NCBI RefSeq assembly: GCF_009914755.1
Contig: NC_060928.1
Strand: one strand, 5' to 3'
DNA: 64,000 bases
DNA from: the human T2T-CHM13v2.0 reference genome, Homo sapiens
Shown here piece by piece: positions 13,906 through 28,091 of the stretch (the first letter of the stretch is position 1; each line of letters begins with the position of its first letter). The notes below the pieces were generated by a model. That model did not search any database. It was not told the DNA's origin and worked only from the letters and a program-made list of their open reading frames with translations. A program made the translations under genes and the position numbers.

Positions 13906-15494
13906 AGATGTGACTTGTGATGTTGCTTGAGTAGAGTGCTTTGGCTTTTGTTTCTGTGTAAGAGCAGTAATGTAGTCTTTGTATAATATTTCTGGTGTAA
14001 TCAACATCAGCAATGTCTTTGAGTACCTCTGTGCCTTAAATTGCAGGCTTTTGTGGAGGCAATGGCACAGCTTTGCTGGAGGTGGGTTCACCAGCAGCAG
14101 TAGGCACCAAATGTGCCTGTCCTCAAGGCTTGGGGGAGATATGCACAACTCTTAGTAATCACCAGTCAGGAGAATGAGGTCACTGTCAACTGGCACTAGG
14201 TAGCTGGCTCTGAGGCCCTGAGGTACACTCATGTAAACTCCTCTGAACATTGGGCATCTCTAGTCAGCCATCATGATGATATCCACATTTTTTAAAACTC
14301 AAATGACATCTTTGACTCTCAAATTTTCATATGTGAAAAATATTGTCTTTTTTTTAATAGAGCATGTGAATTCAAATCACTAGAATTATAAATAACCACT
14401 GCCATTCCAAAGCAGGACAAAATAAGCATTAATGATGCCTTTAAAAGTAGCCATGAAAATATACTATGCCTATGTTGGTTGATTTTTATACCTGTTTTTA
14501 CTCAATCAGTCATTCTAAGCTCTAGTGATTGTTTCTATGGTACCATTCACTGAATAATAGCTATAACATCTTTAAATGAAGATCACTTAGTCTTTGCTTA
14601 TTTTTTGATCTCCTATTCTTATAATTTTGTCATTCTAACTTTTACTGTAAGTGGTGAAAACAAAATAAAAAGTTCTCATATGATCTTGTTTTATTTTGTT
14701 ACTATTTATGGTAAATTACCATGGGCTAATTAAGGAAAATTCAAAAAAATAGAAACACCAAAACCAAAAAATCACCTATATTTATTTCAAGCAGTGGCAA
14801 CATGCTAAGCAATAACACTTCTTTGTTTTACTCTACGTAGCTGTGTGTGTGTGTGTGAACGCGGTAGTAAATTATTCTGTATCTGAAATTATATTCAAGG
14901 ATTTTCCATCATTGTTATTAAATGTTACTCATTGCTTTCATAGACAACCTTAATACAATTTAGATAAATTTATTTCCCTGAATTTTTTTTTTTAAATAAG
15001 TATACCACTATACCTAGAGTATAAGGGTATTTCATTTTTCCAGGTAGGTAACATCATTTTTATATGTGCTTAGATGTTCATCATTATTCTCCTTTAGGTA
15101 ACCATACTATAGTCAACAACAATATTTGTCATTGTATTAGTAATCAATCTTCTTTTTTCCTTTGAAAATGACTTTTATGAATCAATCGCCATTCTAAACA
15201 TATTTATTCATTCCACATTTATTTATTAATATTTGTGAATTGACCCTTATATGCTAAGAAACACCTAAACAGTGCAGTTTTGTTTCAATTGGAGGGGGGA
15301 CAAGAAAAATGTACCTCTCCAAACAGGGAATCTATTAATTGCACATTAAAACAATTTACCTTGATTATTAATCAGTCTCAACTGTGGATGCCAATTCTTT
15401 GATCTACAGCACCTGGTCAAAAATACGTCAGACCCACTTAGAGTTCTTGCAGATTTTGGTCATTATTATTTATTGGCCTGAAAAAACCAGGAGA

Positions 15495-15799
15495 GGCTGG
15501 GCGCGGTGGCTCACGCCTGTGATCCCAGCACTTTGGGAGGCTGAGGCGGGCGGATCACGAGGTCAGAAAATCGAGACCATCCTGTCTCTACTAAAAATAC
15601 AAGAAAAATTAGCCGGGCATAGTGGCGGCCACCTGTAGTCCCAGCTACTCAGGAGGCTGAGGCAGGAGAATGGCATGAATGGGGCGGGGTTGCGGGGTGT
15701 GGGCGGCGGAGCTTGCAGTGAGCCAAGATCGTGCCACTGCACTCCAGCCTGGGCGACAGAGCGAGACTCCATCTCAAAAAAAAAAAAAAAAAAAAAAAA
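15495..15799 (+). mobile_element. AluY-like element with an internal deletion, a G-rich replacement, and extra 3' sequence inside its TSD
   Basis: ggctgggcgcggtggctcacg...; Y-type diagnostics gaatggcatgaa and gcggagcttgcagtgagc; poly(A) to 15799. TSD accaggaga at 15486-15494 recurs only at 15935-15943. Confidence 0.93.
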
Positions 15800-17065
15800 G
15801 TATATATATTATATATATATATATATATTATATATATGTTTATGTCGCAATTTGAAGGATAACAAAATAGTCATCCAATTTTGTTTATGTTTATGTAGCA
15901 ACTTGAAGGATAACAAAAAAAAAAAAAAAAAAAGACCAGGAGAAAGCACAAGTGTTATAAACTAAATAGCCACATCTCCAAACGTTTGAGAAAGATTCTT
16001 TCCCTCTTCAGTAAAAACCTTAATTCAAAATCACCTGAATCAAAATGAAAAAGTTTCAAATTTTACTAATGAAATGAAAATTTCTCTAAGCAAAGTAGAC
16101 ATAAAGGTCATAATTAGGATATCTTTAAGGAGATCATTTTTTAATCTGAATAATATTTCTCATTTTAAAAATATATGTTTAAAAATGTATTTAATTATAT
16201 TAAATCAGTACAAGTCATTAAAAGATATTATTTTATAATACTATAGAAACATTTCTCTGGGGGATTTGAGAATGTTATTTTGAAAATTTAATTGTTTCAA
16301 CAGGGAAAATATTGCTTTTTTACTATGGTTACTGCATAAACAATATCATCCTTATTGAATTTATCTTTAAAACCATCACAAATAATTTATCATGTTAGTT
16401 GTTTCCTCCTAGTCATATAATCAGATCTAATACTTCTGTCTTAATTTATGATGGAAATATTGTACAATAAAGAAAATGTCAACCATAATGATGCTGTTTG
16501 TCATGATAAAAAAACTATGGATCCAAATTCTGAGAAGAGAAAATTATGTTTAACGCATCAAATCATGATATTTCAGAGAGGTTATAACATTTACATTTAT
16601 TCTGTACTTTGATATGGGGGTTAGTCAACTGAAGCATGGAAAGGACTCAAGCCTATGCAACTATGAGGAAATAAATGAATAATCATAATCATAGCTGAAA
16701 AAATATATATGGTAATAGTTTAATATGTTATAAGTCATTTCCAAGTTGCCATTTCAGAAATTCAGTAATTTCTGTGGGTTGTAATTGTGATTAGGGAAGA
16801 AAGGGACATTTTAGCCCAACATTTATTTCCACAGGTTTTATTTTGTATAGTTTATATCAACCCACTTTAAATTTCACAAATTTCTTCCTCAGGCATGACA
16901 AGCCCCTCAAAGTAATTCTTCAATTTAGATATCATGGTTTGTTGTTGTTTTAAATTTCAGGGATTTTTGTTTGATTCATTTTAATAGATTTCATCTTTTT
17001 GTTGAAATCTCTGTCTTTTCATTTATGTTCTTAACCTTTACCACTATATCATTTAACATATATAT

Positions 17066-19780
<2,715 letters not shown>

Positions 19781-20079
19781 AATCTATAAAGCATTTTAAA
19801 ATGAAAACATGTTTATTGCTTAGTGATAGATCTTTCTTCCATCACAGAAGTTCAAAATGGAGATTAGAAATTTCTATTACAGCACAAACCAGAATTTCTC
19901 TCCAGATATGATATTCCAGCATACAGATTTGTGATCTGGCTAATAGAAATATCAAAAAACAGAAGAGAAATCAACAACAACAACAAAAATAATAATTTTA
20001 CTTTTGGAATTTAGAAAATGCGTTGCAACAGTGTAACAAAGAGTGTTCAGTATGTATTATAAAAAGGGAAATTGAGGGC

Positions 20080-20305
20080 TAAAAACATTTGGGATATACT
20101 AGGATTAATACAGGTTAATGATTTGTTTCCTAGTAGACTTCTCTTGACTTTTAATATATTAATTTGCACTGCAGATCTGTAAGAGAAGAAAATATCTATT
20201 TAGCACTTTACAATCTTATGTGACCACGAAGCCTCCTTTATTTTTTTTTATTTTTCCCATGAACAGTATTCCATAGAGCTCAATGTGGGAAATGCTAGTT
20301 TAGAT
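20080..20305. mobile_element. hAT-Charlie-type DNA transposon (MER) fragment
   Basis: tttgggatatactaggattaatacaggttaat...ttatgtgaccacgaagcc...tgtgggaaatgctag resembles Charlie-family MITEs. Subfamily not determined. Confidence 0.45.
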
Positions 20306-21882
20306 ATTTTTTAAACACACTGGCATTTAAAAATGTTTAAATATTGTCTTATTTTCACAATTTTGATTTTGTTGTGTCTAATTATAGTTAAACTCTCTTG
20401 ATGAAATAAAAAATGTGAAAAAGCAGCAAAGTTTAGAAAAAGGAGAGCAAACAAAATGTTGATAGTGTAATTTTATATTAACAAACTTCAGGTAAATTCT
20501 GTGAAATCTAACCCTAAATTTAGTGTCCAACCACCCCCAACTCAGCATTCTCTTTAGTCACATAAACCATACTACAAATAGTTCAAGTTAAATTTGGGCA
20601 GAGATTCATATTTTGGCTTCTATTGCTGAGATAATTTTTATTGACATATTCCAAAGAACCCTTTGAAAATATCTTCCATCTGTTCTAGACCAAATGAATA
20701 ACCACTATTTGTGTTGTAAACTATGGGACTGATAAATAGGCAAAATAATCTTATGAACAGAAAACTTTGATACCTCAGTTATCTGTTTATTTTGGAATTA
20801 AGATGATTTTGTATTATGCCGCATGGGTAATATTCCACAATATTTAAAAATTTTTATTTTATCCTTTTCTTCACTCCTTAATTCATTCATCTATTCATAA
20901 TCTGTTAAATGCTTAAATTCACCACCAATTTGCAGAACCAATGAGGAATAAGGAATCTATTGTATTTAATTCTAAATAAATTATGTAGCTATCCACTAAG
21001 AAATGAAATGTTTTCTATGACTCCTTTAAAATCTTCAAAGTCAATATATATATATTATACATATGTATATAAATCAAGCTTTTGTTTCTCTATTTACACT
21101 TTCTTCATGACTTGTGCTACTATAAAATACAATATATTTTATACCAAAATGTACAGTTTATCTGTGGCATATTCCATAAGTATACTCTATACGGAGCCAC
21201 TTATGTGTCTAGACAAGTATGTTACAAAAAATGTTGTAAATAAAAGTTAATTATGAGAAAATAAAATTTGATTTTTTTAGGATTTAAAATGCTAATGTAC
21301 ACTATAGTTGACATAATACAATTGTTTTTGGCTTTTGATATACTCAGACATTTGCCTCAACTAATATGCCACATGAAAAAGATCAGTGAAATAATTGACA
21401 GAAAATTTCTTTCCCATGGCAAAGTGTAATTTCTTATTTCAAGATATATAAGATATGTATTCTTTAAAAAGCAAATAGTTATATTAACTCATTTTTGAAA
21501 CTTTAATATTTATACCAGAAATTTGAATCACAAAATAATGTCTCAGTTTTCTAACCATCCTTTAACTCAGGAGTGAGTGGCATATTATTAAAGATCGTTC
21601 TATTGGTCTTTAATTCCTAAGCAAGTGATCAAACTAGAGAAAATATGAATAAAACAGATATTTATTGGAGCCTTCTAATAGAAACCTATTACTTCTATGT
21701 GAAAGGTTTAGGAGAACCAGAAGAAATAAAACTTCAGAAATTCAAGTTAACAAAAAAAACCTTAAAATATAAAGTTTGCTTCATTATAGCTATTTGATTA
21801 GTATGAGTTAATAATATCCTTGTAAACTGTTAAAAGTAGAGACATTCAAAAAGTAAGCTGATTAAATCTACATCAAGCATGG

Positions 21883-21896
21883 CTGCCATCTTGTGG
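21883..21896 (-). promoter_or_regulatory. Candidate CTCF core motif with an overlapping YY1-like AAGATGGC
   Basis: The minus strand reads CCACAAGATGGCAG, close to the CTCF core CCASYAGRKGGCRS. It is a GC-rich word in AT-rich unique sequence. Motif match only. Confidence 0.5.
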
Positions 21897-22339
21897 GGAC
21901 AGGATATAATGTATTGAGGGGCCAATCTCAATAATGTGCCCCTTTTGGGTTAAAGTCATCATTTGTTCTCCATCAATCAGTTGTTTGATGCTTATCAACA
22001 TTTCTCTTGAAATGCCACATCAACATTTGGACAGAAAAGATAAGGTAACTAAAAGGACTATTAATGAATCCCTGTTTCTAAAAGTTCAGTATCATTGCCA
22101 ATGTATAGACAGTAAGAAAACTTTAAAACTAGAAGTTTTTCACTTGAATCAACCTTAAAAACAGATAAGTTTGGTAAAGCATTCATATTTATTAATCATT
22201 TAAATTGCAAAATTATATTAGAATTTATATCTAATTGAGTTAGAAGATAATATGGCATTGTCTGATAGGGCATATAGATTTACAGTTTCATAGATTTACA
22301 GAAAGCTTTGAAAAGAAGAAAGAGATTATGAGTTTATTT

Positions 22340-22476
22340 TAGAAGGGAGGGAAGAGGGAAGGAAAAGGAAAGGAAGGGAAGGGAAGAAGAAAGGGAGAGA
22401 TGAAGAGAGGAAGGAAGGAAGGAAAGAAGGAAGGAAGGGAGGGGAGGGGAGGGAAGGCGAAGGAAGGGAAGGGAGA
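22340..22476. repeat. Polypurine (GGAA/GGGA)n low-complexity tract
   Basis: ~135 bp almost entirely G/A on the + strand. Confidence 0.95.
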
Positions 22477-24182
22477 GATATAAGCTATTACTGAGGATAA
22501 GATTTTCACTAGTGTCACAGACAAAATAGTTTGACAGAGCGGTAAGTGGTAAGTCAGTGTGAAGTTGACCTGAAAAAAATGAGGTCAAGATAAGGCCAGC
22601 GTAAATATGTTATACAGGAATATGTAATTTAAGTATTTTTTCAAAGCTTATTTAAAAGTCAAAACATGTGCTTTCTAAGTTTAAGCCTTCCAACAAATAT
22701 TAGTACAACTTCTGGAACTCAATTTTCCCATCATTGTCTAGAAAACCAAGACACTGAATGAGAAAGCCCCTGAAGCCTCAATGAGCTCTGAACTTCTTTG
22801 ATGTGCTGAGTACAAAAGTTACTCTTTCAGTCCCTCAACCAAAGGGAATTTATGTTTTTCACATCTGCAAATAAATATCCCAATTACAATTTTACAGCCA
22901 TTTATCACAACTACTTGCATCTATAGATGATCAGTCTTTGCCTTTTAACAGTTTTCCTTTCATGCTCATATTAAGGTTGAAATGTACTTGGAATCTTTTG
23001 TGTGACTAGCCATATTTGTAATATGAATAATATAATCATAAATAATTAGAAATAATGATCAGAATTTATTGTGTCCCATTTTGATGATATTATTTTAAAA
23101 ACCAACTCTTTTAAGTTTCAAATAAGTTGACTCATAAATTCATAGATCTTTATACTAAAACAAAATAAAACTCATGAGTCATTAAAATATAATTGAACAG
23201 TTCGTTAAAATTGACCAATGTAAGTTGATTTACTGCTGTTATAACAATGAGCAGCTGATTTTTAAAATTTAAGCATTGGTATTCTTAGCAGTTTTAACAG
23301 TGAAAATGAAATAATTATATGTTCCAAGAATTTCTATTCTATTACCTTGCTTTCTTTCCACAATTGTGCATGATTGAAGCAGTCAGCATTTGTAGTTTCC
23401 CCTCCAATGCAAATCAGTTTTTCTCAAAAATTCTGCTTTTCAAAGAAAAATAGGCATATTAGTTTAAATCTTGGGGTAGTTCAGATAATCTATCATTTCT
23501 TCAAATAATTGATGTTCAAATCATGATCGATGCCTGAATGAAGTAACAGTCTCCACCTTGGAAGAATAAACTCAACAAACATGATTTACTTACATTTTAT
23601 TTTAAATAGTTAATCATTTGTTATAAAACTTTAGTTAATGAGGGTATTTTCCTGCCAATACATGCCAGAATTTCACAAGGTTTGAATTTAAGTACAGTGG
23701 GCCAGGTACATCACTTATTTCCATATAATAAGGCTTGAATTAAAGTTAAGCAGCCTTAATGAGACCAACAGATAGCTGTCATTAAAACATTTAATATGCA
23801 CAGCTAGTGAATTCATATTTTTTCTTCTGGAATTTAACATCTAACTCACACATTATAAATATTTGTATCCAGCTAACTACATATTACATTATGACAGACA
23901 ATTTTCTAAAGTAGTAGAAAATATAGTTAATATATATTTATTATATATTTATTAATTAGGAATCATTGAATGTAGAAATTATTTCAACAGTAAAAAGACT
24001 GATTGTTATTCTTGAAAAATCAAACAGCCAATGTTAAATTTATACTAACTTTCTTGTGTAACTTTTGGAAAGCCAAAACTTGTTGTTCTACTGTTTCTTC
24101 TGATTGGCAGGAGTGGTCATTATACCTTAAGGGCTTTTTTTGATGTGTCACCCAGACTCATTTAAATGTCTGAGTATTAGAA

Positions 24183-24350
24183 CAGTGATTCTGAACTATG
24201 GCTGCATAGCAGAGCCCTGTATAGAGGCTTTTAGAATATATTACAGGCTGTGTCCCAAACTCCAGAGATTCTGATTAAATTAGCCTTAAGTGACCATTTT
24301 AAAAAGCTTCTCAGATTATTTCAAAGTGAATCTACATTTGAAAACTACTA
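24183..24350. mobile_element. MER5A-like hAT MITE
   Basis: cagtgattctgaact...ccagagattctgattaaatt...ttttaaaaagcttctcag...tttgaaaactact, with degenerate terminal inverted repeats. Confidence 0.65.
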
Positions 24351-27197
24351 AACTGGAGGATTTGGGAATAATGAAAATGCTTTGCTCACAGTACACTAAA
24401 ACATTTCCAAGAGGGGAAATAGTATGAATATGACTATACAATATTTGACTTTCTCCAGGACAGATACTCATTAGCCAGGACTGGACTAGTTAATGCTCTG
24501 AAGTTCTTCCTAGTTATCTTATTCTAAGATATCATGGTGTTCTTTCCATGTTAAATGGTTATAATTTTTCTTGATAGAATACATAATGACTTACCAATTT
24601 TTAGAATGTCACTGTAAATAATATTTGAAGGAAGCTATGGGGAGTGCATCTCTTCTTTCAATTCATTATCTGAATAAGCAAAGTATAATCTATGGAATTG
24701 CATCAAAACACTTTATAAAGTAAAATGACATTAACACCAACATTAATATAATCAATATTGAGTCAATGTCTACTAATGGAAACAAAAGATAAGAGAATGA
24801 TCAAAATTGAGAGTAATTAATCAGTGAATGCTTCTTGGAAGCACTGGTTTGTTCCAGATTCAGAAGGAAGTGATGAAATTCAAGTCAACAAAGGGGTTCT
24901 CTGTAAAATGCTGTGTTGAATAAAATGTGAATGAGCTTTGGTTTTCACTCTCAAGGCATTTATGATCTAACTTAGTAGTAGTTCTGTCTAACTCTAATAC
25001 AAAATAGGGTGTGTTACGACAGCATAGAAGATAGATGGATTTATTCCACATTAAAGGACTGGACACTACTTCATGGGCAAAAGGAATTTGAACTAGCCCT
25101 TGAGATGGTGAAGGAGAGTGGTTGGGAGGACAAATACGTGCTTTCCAAGCAGAAATATTAACATAAGTAAAAATATGGCAGCAAAACATTTTCTGGAATG
25201 TTCAGGAAAAAGTGTACAAGATGAATGAAAACAGCCAGAAGTGAGAATGTACAACTGTGTCTGGAAAAATAGTAACCCAATTCAGAAGGCTAGAGAGAAG
25301 GGCTCAAGTGAGGGAACGGGAGGAAAAGAGGTTTGCCAAACTTGGAGGTAAGGCTTTGAAAGGTTGTGTAATGAGCTTGACATCCACACATCCAACATTC
25401 CTAAAGAATTCCAATTATAACTGAGACAATATTATGACATTAATACCTGACCTCGACTAGTCACTCGATTGTGTTAACAAATCTTCAGTTTGCAATGAGG
25501 CCAGATTGACATAAGTCAATCATTATAAGAAAAGAAGTCACAATGATCAGGATTTTATCTTAAGGAATAAGCTTGCAGAAAATCCTTTCACTGGAGACTG
25601 AGAGGCTGTCATTCAGGACTTCCTCAGCTTTTTCCATGGAAGAGAGTACCCAACTTCCTCATTCGGAATTTATCTACATAGGTTATTAAGCTACTCAATG
25701 AAATATTTTGACCAAATGTTTATGAAAAATTTTTCTGTTTTATTTAATTATTCTGCTTTTTTATTTTAATTTCAAGATCTTTTCTATCCTGATAGAGAAG
25801 AATTTCTATCAATAGAAAGGATTTCAGGAACCTTTCTCTATCCTGATTGCCTAAAAAATACACTGGAGACAGAAAAAAAAAATCATTGTATAAAAGGTAA
25901 TTAGCACGTTCTCTCCTTTTTATAACTTTATAATTGAAATCTCATTAAAAGCTTTCTAGGTCTGTATTTCCCTAAGTGACCAGGTGTCCCTAATTTGTTT
26001 TCAACCAATGTGACTAATTCCAGGCAAAGACTAGAAAAAGTCTGATACCTGTTAGAGAATAGCAAGGTTAAATAAGTGGGGTGGCTTTTTTAGGTTGCAT
26101 TTAACCTCGTAAAATAAAGAAAGGAAAAAAAAAGCTTCAATGTCTTTTTACAGTCCTGCCTTTTTCTCAGTCCCGGTTGAAGATTCCATGGGAAATGAGA
26201 GCACTATTTTGTTTCTCCCTTGTATTGCAGATAGGGGGAGGAGGTGGTTATTAGAGAGAAGCTCTTCCTCTCTTGGTTTCCCCCTCTCTCCGCCTGACAG
26301 CACCGCTCTCTCGCAGGCTCGCTCCTTCTCCTAGGTGATCCATTTCTAGGCAACGTGGGGCTGGTGCTGAAGCTGCCAGGCTCGCTCCTTGCTTCCTGCA
26401 TCCCGCCAGGCGAAACGCTCCAAAAGCATCCTGCAGCCTGCGGCGGCTTCCCTCCTCTGGCCCGGCCCCGCTGCTCGCGCCCGGCGCAACCCCCCCGCCA
26501 CCGCGCCCCAGCAAACCGGCTCCCCGGGCCCGCCTCGCCAAGCTGCGTTCCGCGCCTCACGCAGAAAGGGAATTTTCTCTGCATTACTATCTGCATTACC
26601 TTGAAGTTCACTTTTTCTACCCCTCTTGGAGAGGGCTTTTTTCCCCCCTCCCTGGTGGAATCTGGCTGCTCCGTTTGGAATCTCCTAATCTTTCCTTTCC
26701 ACTTAGATTCTGGCAGCGAAGACCAGTGATTCTCTGCGGGCTGTAGGGGCGGGGGCGGGGGTCTTTTTTGGTCCGAGAGGGTGCGGGGAAGGGGGCACAT
26801 CCGGCGTGAGGGGGGTGTTGGAAGTTGCAGCGGAGCTGGGACCGGAGACCCGCGGCCCCCGCGCAGCGATGGGTCTGATCTGAGCCCCAGCCTCTCCCCC
26901 TGCCCAAGAGCAGTAGAGGCTGGATATATTTTTCAAAAGCCAAACTGCAAACAACTCTGGCGATGCCAAAATTCCCCTCCAAGTGACACGGCTTTGCGAA
27001 GGAGGTTTCCTCAGGCTGGGCTCTTTCTGTCATTCCCTTCTGCCTTTCTCGGCGACGATAAAAGGCTTTGCTCTGGCAATAGGAATTTAGAAAAAAAGAA
27101 AAAGCTGCGCTAAACTCCACCGTGACCTCAAACTCTTTGGACTGTTTGAAAAAAAAAAAATTGGAAGAAAATCCATCCTCCAAGAGAATCGGCATAG

Positions 27198-27503
<306 letters not shown>

Positions 27504-28064
27504 TGATTCGTGGAATGTGGCTGGATGCGTGGGGGTCTCGAGTTGACCTGAGTGTGAGTGTGTGCTGGGAACTGCAGGGGGATTCTAAGTGTGTGGGGAA
27601 AGGGAGTTTAATTGACTCTTATCTTCCATATTTTTTTTCCCGGATGTACATTTGCTCCATTTAAAAATTTATCTTTGGGGGAGCAGAGAAGCTGTCACCT
27701 GTGAGATGAAAAGAACTGGGCTGGGGGGTAGGGGGAGCTCCCTTCGGATCGAACAGGTGGTTTTGCAACGTGAGCCGGCTGAGTTCGCCGCAGCTTAGTG
27801 CGATGGTGACGGGGGTGCCGGATGCGCCCCCAGCCACCCTCTCTTCTCACATCTTCTTGGCTTTATGATCCTTGCGTGTAGTCTTTGAGACGGTGGCAGG
27901 AGGGGCTGGCGGCAGTGTCGCCAAGGACTGATTGTCGCGTGCCTCGCCTCCTCGGACACGCTCCCGGGGCCTGGCGCGGCGGCGAAACTGACCCCGGGGC
28001 GCTTGGGAAACGCGGGGAAGCGAATGCGCGCAGGCTGCTCCCGAGGTCTGCTTAGCAGATATCC

Positions 28065-28091
28065 GCCTTGCCTCGCCTCGCCTCGCCTCGC
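28065..28091. repeat. (CCTCG)n pentanucleotide microsatellite, 4 perfect copies plus 1 imperfect
   Basis: gccttg cctcgcctcgcctcgcctcgc. Confidence 0.9.

Larger units (their letters stand above)
8395..14250 (-). mobile_element. Old L1MA-type LINE-1, internally deleted and interrupted by two THE1 insertions
   Basis: L1MA 3' UTR at ~8400 (ggggtacagagtgatatttcaatacatgtatac...agggtaattagca). Degenerate ORF2 on the minus strand (ORF 12638-12859, MNRPMTSNEIQSVIK...DFTAEFYQTF, is L1 ORF2-like). It resumes after each THE1 TSD. Confidence 0.8.

Noticed and set aside
22274-22301. atagatttacag direct repeat, and similar short AT-rich duplications or hairpins (53261-53297, 63592-63688)
   Set aside because: Short and low-complexity, within expectation for AT-rich DNA.
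26296-26306. tgacagcacc as a REST/RE1 site
   Set aside because: Only a half-site-like match, with no partner half at canonical spacing.
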